Below are positions 37,390 through 46,094 of a DNA stretch of 64,000 nucleotides, one piece after another. Source of the DNA: Gammaproteobacteria bacterium (GTDB lineage Bacteria; Pseudomonadota; Gammaproteobacteria; Francisellales; CACEW01). Position 1 is the first letter of the stretch; every line of letters begins with the position of its first letter. The stretch covers positions 26,852 through 90,851 of the forward strand of contig CBFIHN010000001.1 in the NCBI GenBank assembly GCA_965662575.1, in the 5' to 3' direction. The notes below the pieces were generated by a model. The model worked only from the letters and a program-made list of their open reading frames with translations. It ran no database searches and had not been told where the DNA came from. The position numbers and the translations under genes are program-made.

Positions 37390-38105
37390 TAGACAAACCC
37401 CTTATGCTTCATCATCGCTTCAACCATTACAAAATCATCCATATCATCAATCTCTAAAGACTGCCACTTTTCAACTTCATAACCCATCGTTTGGTTATGG
37501 TAAAAGCCCCGCCGCTTTAAAAACAAATCTATTTCAGAGATATAAACACTACCCTCAAAAAAATAAAGTGGTTTAACATCTTGGCGACGCAGCACCTTGA
37601 ATGCATTGTCAGTATACGGAACTAGGCAGCCTGTTCCTGCGTTTTTTTCTACCATAAAATCTGGGTGAATGGCCTCTGCCTGACAAACACCTACCAATGC
37701 CTTATGCTCTTGCGATACCATCAACTCAAAAGCCTGATCGATGTCAGTTGATCGACGCAAAGGCGAAGTTGGCTCTAACAGCACCACATAATCAAAATAC
37801 TGATTCAATTCTGTTTGATAAAATTCAATCGCATGTTTTACCACATCAAAGGTGGTTGCAGTATCTGTAGCTAAGTATTCAGGGCGGATAAATGGAACAT
37901 GTGCACCATAGCCTTTTGCCACATCAACAATATTCTCACTATCTGTAGTAACCATCACCTCATCGATATATTCTGAGTTAAGACCCGCCTCAATGCTCCA
38001 CGCAATTAAGGGCTTGCCACATAATGGTTTGATATTTTTTCCAGGCAGCCCTTTACTGCCACCTCGAGCAGGAATAACTGCGAGGATTTTTTTATTCTGA
38101 TGCAC
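37389..38105 (-). CDS. Acylneuraminate/nonulosonate cytidylyltransferase (CMP-sugar synthetase, NeuA/LegF/PseF family)
   Basis: 238 aa. N-terminal signature ILAVIPARGGSKGLPGKNI. Confidence 0.85.
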   Translation of the reverse strand: MHQNKKILAVIPARGGSKGLPGKNIKPLCGKPLIAWSIEAGLNSEYIDEVMVTTDSENIVDVAKGYGAHVPFIRPEYLATDTATTFDVVKHAIEFYQTELNQYFDYVVLLEPTSPLRRSTDIDQAFELMVSQEHKALVGVCQAEAIHPDFMVEKNAGTGCLVPYTDNAFKVLRRQDVKPLYFFEGSVYISEIDLFLKRRGFYHNQTMGYEVEKWQSLEIDDMDDFVMVEAMMKHKGFV

Positions 38106-39513
38106 GATAAAATTCCTTTAAGTTTTGCTCTAAGCTTTTAACATCTTGCAGACACTCATAAGCGGGTAGATTCAGTCCACGCGCTGAAATATCATGTGTT
38201 ACTGGGGTTTCATTGTGACAATACGATTGGTAAATTGGCATATCACTCAGTGGATAGAAAAAAGGCCGTGCTTCTATGCCTACTGCCTTAAACTGATCAA
38301 GATATCTTTTCTTCTCTTCAGCGGTTGTAGCTAGGGCTGCAATAAGCCATGTAATTTTAGACCTTGCTGGCAATGAGCGAGATTGAAAGCTCAGCTTCCC
38401 TAGTAAGGCGCTGCGATAACGTTCTTCATAAGTAGAACGGTTTTGGTGAATATTATCAATACGCTCTAGCTGAGCAAGGCCAATAGCTGCCTGTAAGTTG
38501 GTCATTCGATAATTATAACCAACAACTTCATGCCAGTAGCGCTTTTCTTTGCTCATGCCATGATCACGGTACAGGCGCATCTTCTCTAATAATTTTGGAC
38601 AGGAAGTGACACACATTCCCCCCTCACCTGTTGTAATCACCTTATTCCCATAAAACGAAAAGCACCCAATATCACCAAAGCTACCTACTTTTTTACCATC
38701 ATATTGTGCACCATGGGCCTCAGCACAATCCTCGATTACCTTCAATTGATGCTGCTGTGCAATATGCATGATCGAACCCATATCGCATGGCTGACCATAA
38801 AGATGTACTGGAATAATTGCCTTAGTCTTGCTGGTAATAGCTACTTTAATAGCTTGGGGACAAATACACCAGCTATCTTGCTCAACATCAACAATAACTG
38901 GAGTTGCCCCAGCATGCAGCACTGCGTTGATTGTCGCAGCAAAGGTTAAATCAGGAATAATCACCTCATCACCAGGACCCAGACCTAGAGCCACCAAAGC
39001 CAAGTGTAAAGCCACTGTTCCATTGGACACTGCAACTCCAAACTCACAATCAGAATATGCCGCAAAGTTTTGCTCAAAACGCTTAATATAGCTGCCGCTA
39101 CTGGAAATCCATGTGCTTAAAAATGCATCCGTTAAATATTTAAACTCGTTTCCGTTCAGGTTAGGTGATGCAATAGGAAGATGAATGGATTTTTTATATT
39201 CAAAAAAATCGACAACTTGTTTTTCATCTGAAACGACTGGCATTACATCAATGCCATCTACCATTTTCTCTACCATCTGCTCATAACTCTCACATTGGTA
39301 GGAAAACACGTAATTTGGATTTAATACATCAACAACCGTACTACCTAGTTGTTTACCATCTAAAAGTGCCCGGCGAATATCGCCATCAGTTAATACACCC
39401 AACAAAGCACGCTCATGATCAACAACAAAAACCATTCCCTTGCCATTTTCATTGATCAGTTGCATAGCAGACAGCAAGCTTTGAGCACTCTCACACAGTA
39501 AAATATCTAACAT
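38092..39513 (-). CDS. Fusion of an N-terminal CBS pair with a DegT/DnrJ-family sugar aminotransferase
   Basis: 473 aa. The first ~110 aa have CBS-pair features (GMVFVVDHERALLGVLTDGDIRRALL ... VMPVVSDEKQVVDFF). The rest is a full DegT aminotransferase (LTDAFLSTWISSSG, FSFYGNKVITTGEGG). Confidence 0.75.
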   Translation of the reverse strand: MLDILLCESAQSLLSAMQLINENGKGMVFVVDHERALLGVLTDGDIRRALLDGKQLGSTVVDVLNPNYVFSYQCESYEQMVEKMVDGIDVMPVVSDEKQVVDFFEYKKSIHLPIASPNLNGNEFKYLTDAFLSTWISSSGSYIKRFEQNFAAYSDCEFGVAVSNGTVALHLALVALGLGPGDEVIIPDLTFAATINAVLHAGATPVIVDVEQDSWCICPQAIKVAITSKTKAIIPVHLYGQPCDMGSIMHIAQQHQLKVIEDCAEAHGAQYDGKKVGSFGDIGCFSFYGNKVITTGEGGMCVTSCPKLLEKMRLYRDHGMSKEKRYWHEVVGYNYRMTNLQAAIGLAQLERIDNIHQNRSTYEERYRSALLGKLSFQSRSLPARSKITWLIAALATTAEEKKRYLDQFKAVGIEARPFFYPLSDMPIYQSYCHNETPVTHDISARGLNLPAYECLQDVKSLEQNLKEFYRASE

Positions 39514-40361
39514 TGGACAATAGCCTCCGTTAAAGCTGCATAAGATTCCTGCAATGCTTCCAATCCAGAGTAAACCTCTAAGGTGAAATCCTTATTTTCA
39601 AGATTAGCTTCTGATAATAAATTAAATAACTCTGAGCCTTTCTGCAAGGCATGATTTAAGTCATGCAAACCATCGTTATCGCTAATATGAATATAATCAC
39701 TATGCGCTAGCATACCCTGAAGTTCTGAGGAAAACTCTAGCCCCAAACTGTTTGTACTTACCTTCAAATGCGCCACATCAACCAGCAAATTAAAGTCTAA
39801 GCGCTTTTTAAGCATCTGATACTCGTCGTAGCAAGTTAACATAAAAACATTACGACCATAATTTCTGGCATTGGTATGCGAAAAAACATTATTTTCTACA
39901 TACAGCTCCACACCATCAGCGTAATCTTGTAGGCCAGCAAAGCCTCGGCAGAATTGATCGACCGCTAAGTTAGCATCAAAAATGGTTTTACTGGTAATTG
40001 CTTTGCCAATTTCTCGCACTTGGATATCAAGAAAAAACCCAGCATGTAACCCATACTTTTTTGCGCCTAACTGCTTTGATAAATCAATCGCTGACTTACA
40101 ATGCTCGAAACTCAGATTAAAGATATGCTCATCCAACGACGCTAAATTTAATACAAAAGGCTCGGGAGGTGGCGGAAAATAATTATGACATAAATAGTTT
40201 AAATCATACTTTTCTTTCAGCTGTAAAAGATCATCAGCAAAGCCATCATATAATTTTGTTCCTCCAGAGAGCTCTATATTTCTAAAACCAGCATCAACTA
40301 ATTGCTGCACGCTATCTTTTATTTTGTCCGCTTTAACACAACCTGTTGACACACAAATCAT
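39507..40361 (-). CDS. Xylose-isomerase-like TIM-barrel protein (sugar phosphate isomerase/epimerase family)
   Basis: 284 aa. The alternating beta/alpha pattern with conserved H/D/E positions (GLHAGFF, YVENN, DVAH, HISDND) is typical of the AP-endonuclease-2/xylose-isomerase-like fold. Confidence 0.6.
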   Translation of the reverse strand: MICVSTGCVKADKIKDSVQQLVDAGFRNIELSGGTKLYDGFADDLLQLKEKYDLNYLCHNYFPPPPEPFVLNLASLDEHIFNLSFEHCKSAIDLSKQLGAKKYGLHAGFFLDIQVREIGKAITSKTIFDANLAVDQFCRGFAGLQDYADGVELYVENNVFSHTNARNYGRNVFMLTCYDEYQMLKKRLDFNLLVDVAHLKVSTNSLGLEFSSELQGMLAHSDYIHISDNDGLHDLNHALQKGSELFNLLSEANLENKDFTLEVYSGLEALQESYAALTEAIVQC

Positions 40362-40966
40362 TTTAATTTCCTCGCTGGCATGCCAACATACGTACCTGGT
40401 TCCACTATATCAGCAACAATGACTGCCCCAGCCCCGACCACCACATGATTGGCGATTTTCATTCGATCTTTAATCACCGCTCCGGCACCGATAAAGCAGT
40501 TATTACCAACAGTAACTCGACCGCATAGCTTAGCGCCTACAGAAATGTGGTTGTGATTACCTATCGTTGTCTCGTGTTCAACAATCGCTCCACTATTAAT
40601 AATATTATTATCGCCAATATGACAACCAGAGTTAATATAAGAAAATGCAAATAACTGGTTCGCCACCCCCAAACTTACCCCAATTTCACAGAAACTTTTG
40701 GGGTGTTGAAGGCTTTTTTCCAATAGCTGTGCAGAAAACCGCTTAAAATAATGCTCTCGCTTATTATTATCACCGATGGAGAGGAAAACTTGGCAACTAC
40801 TATCTACTAAATCCGTACCACCTGAAACCTCAAAATCATCTTGATACTGTTCGCATTGCAAACCATCATCGAAAAAATACAACTTTGACGATGGCAGACA
40901 AGCATTTAATAAATTAACAGAGGACCTAGTATGTCCACCTACTCCAATAACAGCAAGTTTATTCAC
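40358..40966 (-). CDS. NeuD/PglD/PerB-family sugar N-acetyltransferase
   Basis: 202 aa. N-terminal LAVIGVGGHTRS followed by hexapeptide repeats (GAGAVIKDRMKIANHVVVGAGAVIV). Confidence 0.75.
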   Translation of the reverse strand: MNKLAVIGVGGHTRSSVNLLNACLPSSKLYFFDDGLQCEQYQDDFEVSGGTDLVDSSCQVFLSIGDNNKREHYFKRFSAQLLEKSLQHPKSFCEIGVSLGVANQLFAFSYINSGCHIGDNNIINSGAIVEHETTIGNHNHISVGAKLCGRVTVGNNCFIGAGAVIKDRMKIANHVVVGAGAVIVADIVEPGTYVGMPARKLK

Positions 40967-42009
40967 AAGCTAATAATCTCATGTTGATTAAAATCTTTTG
41001 ATGCAATTTGACCAACAACCTCATCAAAATATATTGGAGATAAACCCTCACCACCTGTGCGCATGGCAATCAAGTTTTGCGTAGAGAAAGCCTCACCTTT
41101 AGCAATAGGCTCCCTGGCAACCAAACATTTCTGCAAAGATTGACGTGTCTTAAGCTCTGATAAAGTTGGCATTTTAATGGAAGACCCCATAAAGCGATCA
41201 ACTTTCCTAACCAATGCAACGTAATCTTTCAACTCATGCGGCAATAATGATGCACTATGATCAGGGCCTTCAAGTGAGCCATCCAGAGTAAAGTGTTTTT
41301 CTACAACTTTAGCCCCCATGGGAATTGCAAAAGGTGAAGCACCTAAACCTCGAGTATGATCTGAATAACCAAGCAACATATCAAAATGCTGCTGATAGGT
41401 GTTTAATACTGACAAGTTTGCTTCATCATCCTCTATAGGATAATTTGCCGTGCATTGCAACAAAACAACTTGATCATTAATAGGGGCAATAGCAGCTAGT
41501 GCTTTTTCCACTTCCGAAAAATAACTCATCCCAGTAGATAGAAAAATTGGTTTCTTTTTCTGAGCAATTTTTTGTAGAAACGGAAGGTTTGTTATATCTG
41601 TTGATGCCACTTTATACGCAGGAAGGTCTAAATCATCAAGGCTGTCCAAACTTGGCTCATCGAATGGCGTAGTTAAAAACAAAATCTTTTTCTGTTCGCA
41701 ATAGTTTTTTAATTCCAGCGTCTGTTCTTGGCTAATTTCCAACTTCTTCAACATATTAAATTGAGATTCGCTAGCATTAGTTGTTGCCCGTTGATACGGT
41801 GCTTTTTCAACATCACTTAGAATCAAAGACTCCGTTTTGAATGCCTGAAACTTAACCGCATCAGCACCAGCCTCAGCAGCAACATTGACTAATTTCTTTG
41901 CAAGATTAATGTCTCCGCCGTGGTTAACACCTGCCTCAGCAATAATGAATGTAGGAGAAGCTGCTGAAATCAACTTATCTCCTACGGTAACACTACAACT
42001 AAATTTCAT
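40963..42009 (-). CDS. neuB: NeuB-family nonulosonic acid synthase (PEP-condensing, with C-terminal SAF domain)
   Basis: 348 aa. FIIAEAGVNHGGD, KFQAFK, SDHT and a C-terminal SAF-like domain. The sugar specificity (Neu, Leg, Pse or other) cannot be read from the sequence. Confidence 0.85.
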   Translation of the reverse strand: MKFSCSVTVGDKLISAASPTFIIAEAGVNHGGDINLAKKLVNVAAEAGADAVKFQAFKTESLILSDVEKAPYQRATTNASESQFNMLKKLEISQEQTLELKNYCEQKKILFLTTPFDEPSLDSLDDLDLPAYKVASTDITNLPFLQKIAQKKKPIFLSTGMSYFSEVEKALAAIAPINDQVVLLQCTANYPIEDDEANLSVLNTYQQHFDMLLGYSDHTRGLGASPFAIPMGAKVVEKHFTLDGSLEGPDHSASLLPHELKDYVALVRKVDRFMGSSIKMPTLSELKTRQSLQKCLVAREPIAKGEAFSTQNLIAMRTGGEGLSPIYFDEVVGQIASKDFNQHEIISL

Positions 42010-42012
42010 GGT

Positions 42013-43125
42013 TTAACTCTCTAATTCTTTACTGACTGGGTAGCCATTATCTATTAAAAACTTGTCGCGCTGCATTAACTTGATATCTGCCGCCATCATA
42101 CTACTCACTAAGCCTTGCAAATCATATCGGGGCCTCCAGTTTAGTTTTTGATGAGCCTTACTGGGGTCACCAATCAGCAGATCTACTTCTGTTGGCCGGA
42201 AGTAGCGCGAATCTACAGCAACAACTTCCTGACCATAAGGCAATTGATAATCTGCATTATGACATTGTTTCACAACTGCTATTTCATCGACACCTTGCCC
42301 CTTAAACTCTAGCTCTATACCTAACTCCATAAAAGCCATGCGAACAAACTCTCTGACTTCGGTTGTGACACCAGTTGCCATTACCCAGTCTTCCGCTTGA
42401 TCAGTTTGTAAAATTAACCACATCATTTCAACATAGTCTTTAGCATGTCCCCAGTCACGCTTGGAGTTGAGATTGCCTAAATATAATTTATCTTGAAGCC
42501 CCAGTGCTATTTTTGCTGCTGCCCGAGTAATTTTTCGTGTAACAAATGTTTCACCGCGCACGGGAGATTCATGGTTAAACAAAATGCCATTGCATGCAAA
42601 AATATCGTAAGCTTCGCGATAATTAACTGTTATCCAGTAAGCATACATTTTGGCAACTGCATAAGGAGAACGAGGATAAAATGGTGTTGTTTCTGTTTGT
42701 GGAATCTCTCGAACTTTGCCATATAGCTCTGAAGTAGAAGCTTGATAAACTTTAGTTTTCTGCTCTAACCCCAAAATACGAATCGCCTCAAGAATCCGCA
42801 AGGTCCCTATACCATCGGCATTAGCGACATACTCAGGCGTTTCAAAACTCACATGAACATGACTCATTGCTGCTAAATTATATACTTCATCAGGCTGTAT
42901 ATCTTTTATCAAGCGCGTAAGATTCAATGAATCCGTCATATCGCCATAATGAAGCTGGAGCTGTGCATTACCTTGATGACCTTGATATAAATGATCAATA
43001 CGACTCGTATTGATTAAACTACTGCGCCTTACTAAGCCATGAACCTCGTATCCTTTATCTAGCAAAAGCTCTGCCAAATAAGAGCCATCCTGACCCGTAA
43101 TACCTGTAATAAATGCTTTTTTCAC
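42013..43125 (-). CDS. gmd: GDP-mannose 4,6-dehydratase
   Basis: Canonical Gmd N-terminus [33 protein letters not shown] and YAVAK catalytic motif. The preferred start is GTG 43125 (VKKAFITG), 7 nt after the manC stop. The ORF-track start (43173) lies inside manC. Confidence 0.9.
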   Translation of the reverse strand: MKKAFITGITGQDGSYLAELLLDKGYEVHGLVRRSSLINTSRIDHLYQGHQGNAQLQLHYGDMTDSLNLTRLIKDIQPDEVYNLAAMSHVHVSFETPEYVANADGIGTLRILEAIRILGLEQKTKVYQASTSELYGKVREIPQTETTPFYPRSPYAVAKMYAYWITVNYREAYDIFACNGILFNHESPVRGETFVTRKITRAAAKIALGLQDKLYLGNLNSKRDWGHAKDYVEMMWLILQTDQAEDWVMATGVTTEVREFVRMAFMELGIELEFKGQGVDEIAVVKQCHNADYQLPYGQEVVAVDSRYFRPTEVDLLIGDPSKAHQKLNWRPRYDLQGLVSSMMAADIKLMQRDKFLIDNGYPVSKELES

Positions 43126-43132
43126 TGAATAC

Positions 43133-44542
43133 CTACTTGTCTGCAAATCTAATAACATCTTCTTCTGACACAATATTACCAGAATGAATCTCTATCAACC
43201 TAACAGGCTCACTCTTACTGGCAGAGCCAATTCGATGTTTGCTATTGGATGGAATATTTAAGGATTCGCCAGCCTCCAACTGCTGTAAAACACCACCAAG
43301 CAAAACTTCTGCACAACCACTTAACACGGTTAACGTTTTGTTTTTCAATTTGTGTAGATGCAAGGAGGTGTGCATCCCTGGATTGATATAAACTTTTTTC
43401 ACGGCAAAAGTACTTCCCTTCACCAAGACATTGCTATACCCCCAAGGTGAGAAAAGCTTTCGATGCTGAATAGCTTCCTCACGCCCCCGCTCTTTTAGCG
43501 ATAATGCTATTTTTTTAACATCCTGAGTATGTCGCCGATCCGCAACCAACACTGCATCCGCGGTTTCAACCACAACCAAATCACTAACACCGGCAACCGC
43601 CAACAAGCGGTCATGCGACTTTAAAAAGCAGTCCTTCGCGCCAATCTCAATAACATCACCATCGACCACATTGGCTTGATTATCCTTATACTGAATATCA
43701 AACAACGCATCCCATGAACCAATATCTGACCATTTTGTATTGCTCAAAGGCAATAGCGCAATATCTTCTGACTGCTCCATCACCGCATAATCAATAGACT
43801 TAGATTCAGTTTGGGCAAACACTTCGATATCTTTAATACGAATAAAATCTAAATCAGGGTATGAAGATGCATAAGCTTGCTGGCATGAAGTATAGATATT
43901 CGGACAATATTTCTTGAGCTCCTCAAGATATTTTTCTACCGAAAATAAAAACATGCCTGAATTCCAATAATACTGTTCAGACTGGCTGTACTCTTTAGCT
44001 TTTTCCTCCTGCGGCTTTTCAATAAAAGAGCTGACAGAGAATGCACCACACTCTAATTCTTCTCCGCATTGAATATAACCATAGCCCGTATGGGGACTTT
44101 CAGGCCTTATGCCAAAAGTAAACAGGTAGTTTGTAAACCTAGGGCTCTCTCGTAAGCAATTCAACTTACTCAATACTTCACCAAAATCATCGATATAGTG
44201 ATCGGCAGGAAGCACCAACATCATTGCACCTGGGTCATCTTTTGCTATTGCAAAGGCTGCCAAAGCAACGGCTGGCGCTGTATCTTTAGCAAAAGGCTCA
44301 AGAACAATTCTTCCAGGCGAAACATCGATTTCCCGCAAAGACTCTGCCACCTGAAACCTTTGAGTCTCGTTACAGACAACTAAAGGATTAGAAAATCCTT
44401 TCAGCCCCTTAAAACGCAGGCAAGTGTTTTGCACAAGATTCCTTTCATTGACCAGTGGAATAAACTGCTTAGGAGAATTTTGACGAGACAGAGGCCACAA
44501 CCTCAACCCCGAGCCTCCTGACAATACTACAGGATAAAACAA
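43133..44542 (-). CDS. manC: Mannose-1-phosphate guanylyltransferase / mannose-6-phosphate isomerase (bifunctional type)
   Basis: 469 aa. [16 protein letters not shown] at the N-terminus and a C-terminal cupin (PMI type II) domain. First gene of the operon. Confidence 0.9.
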   Translation of the reverse strand: MFYPVVLSGGSGLRLWPLSRQNSPKQFIPLVNERNLVQNTCLRFKGLKGFSNPLVVCNETQRFQVAESLREIDVSPGRIVLEPFAKDTAPAVALAAFAIAKDDPGAMMLVLPADHYIDDFGEVLSKLNCLRESPRFTNYLFTFGIRPESPHTGYGYIQCGEELECGAFSVSSFIEKPQEEKAKEYSQSEQYYWNSGMFLFSVEKYLEELKKYCPNIYTSCQQAYASSYPDLDFIRIKDIEVFAQTESKSIDYAVMEQSEDIALLPLSNTKWSDIGSWDALFDIQYKDNQANVVDGDVIEIGAKDCFLKSHDRLLAVAGVSDLVVVETADAVLVADRRHTQDVKKIALSLKERGREEAIQHRKLFSPWGYSNVLVKGSTFAVKKVYINPGMHTSLHLHKLKNKTLTVLSGCAEVLLGGVLQQLEAGESLNIPSNSKHRIGSASKSEPVRLIEIHSGNIVSEEDVIRFADK

Positions 44543-44738
44543 AGATTACGAGCTCCTCAGACTAATACCACTAAAAAACACAAAACTAACTGCAAGCGTT
44601 CTCACCAAAAGCTAAAAATGACAAATCACATTCAACACTACTAAAAGAGGAAATATTATACCATAAAGCGCCCCTGATGTAGTAGTGAAACCTAGGTGAA
44701 GACTTACTGATGAACTCCCAAGGACTTCACGCTTATTA

Positions 44739-45648
44739 TAGATAATTCACTATAAAACGGTTATAATTAAATGGCTTTAACATCTTTGCCATCGTCATAA
44801 ATGACTTACTCTCTAGACTTCAGGAAACATGTTCTATCCATCAAAAAACAAGAGGGCCTGACCTACTTGCAGACATCCAAACGCTTTAAAATAGGAACAA
44901 CTACGCTGACTAGGTGGAACAACAAGCTTGCTCCTCAAACTAGTCGCAATAAGCCTGCAACAAAGGTCAATATGGACAGTCTAAGAGAGGATGTTCAACT
45001 GCATCCAGATGCATATATTTACGAACGTGCCAAACGCTTTAATGTTAGCGTTGGCGCAATATTTAATACTCTAAAACGACTTGGTGTCACGTATAAAAAA
45101 AACACTGCAACACCCAAAAGCAGACGAAGAACAGCGCAGCTTATTTCAAGAAAAAATAAGGCGCTATAAGCTCCTCGGTAAGCCAATAGTGTATCTTGAT
45201 GAAAGCGGGTTTGCCTTGGATTCGCCAAGGTTGCATGGCTATTCAAAAAAAGGAAAACGATGCTTTGGCAAAATAAATTGGCACGCCAAAGGTCGAGTTA
45301 ATGCAATTGGTGCACTGTTAGGCTCAACACTTATAGCGGTATCCTTATATGCATGCAACGTAGACAGTGACGTATTTTTACATTGGGTTGAGAATGATTT
45401 GTTAATTCACGCCCCACCAGGCTCAGTTATTGTGCTCAACAATGCTACATTTCATAAGCGCAATGATATTAAGACTTGTATTGTTAGAGCTGGCCATACT
45501 TTGGAATATCTGCCTCCGTATTCCCCAGATCTGAATAACATTGAAAAAAAATGGGCTCAGGCTAAGTCAATAAGAAGGAAAACTCAGTGCAGTATTGATG
45601 AGTTATTTTCTATGTATTTATCATGACCGTCTTATTATGAATTAGCTA
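44739..45648 (+). mobile_element. IS630/Tc1-mariner-family insertion sequence (~910 bp)
   Basis: Terminal inverted repeats TAGATAATTCACTATAAAACGGT (left) and ACCGTCTTATTATGAATTAGCTA (right) match at 19/23. The element is flanked by a TA/TA target-site duplication (44737-38 and 45649-50), as expected for this family. Confidence 0.8.
44801..45626 (+). CDS. IS630-family DDE transposase, split into two frames at an A8 run
   Basis: orfA (44801-45169) has HTH-like N-domains. orfB (45081-45626, +1 frame) has the catalytic IVYLDESGF ... NNATFHK ... YSPDLNNIEKKW motifs. The frames join at A8 (45095-45102) to give ...LGVTYKKKTLQHPKADEEQR... Confidence 0.8.
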
Positions 45649-46094
45649 TATCTTGGACGAAGCGCACTACAAAAAGCGTCTGTCATAGAACTACAGAAAA
45701 CCCCAACTTGCAAAGATTACTCAATTTACCGCATCACCTTTCACGGCATTTACCCAATTACGTATGAAGACTACCCTTATGTATTTACTCAAGCTTATGG
45801 CTCCAACATCAGATTTGGCTATGCTGATACGGCCAGCCCTGCATCCGTAAAAAGCTTCTTTACCCCTCAAATAACAAAGATAAGAATGGGCACTAATCTA
45901 GTGGATATAGACAGCAAAAATGCCAACATGAGTATTTACCCATCACAACTTGCTGAGCATTATCACAAAAACCCAATTTATATCGGCCTCAAGTATCTCA
46001 GTTTAAGATTACTTGGCAACAACCAACAGCTGCAAGCATTTTTAAATGGATTATTAACAACAACCTGCTCTCCAAGCTCAAATAAAATCAAGCT

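Noticed and set aside
44543-44709. Search for JUMPstart/ops (GGCGGTAG, i.e. CTACCGCC on the plus strand) upstream of the glycan modules. Also checked 54909-54977, 52156-52374 and 31085-31308.
   Set aside because: I found no exact ops element in any of these leader regions by eye. No RfaH-type antitermination signal can be claimed.
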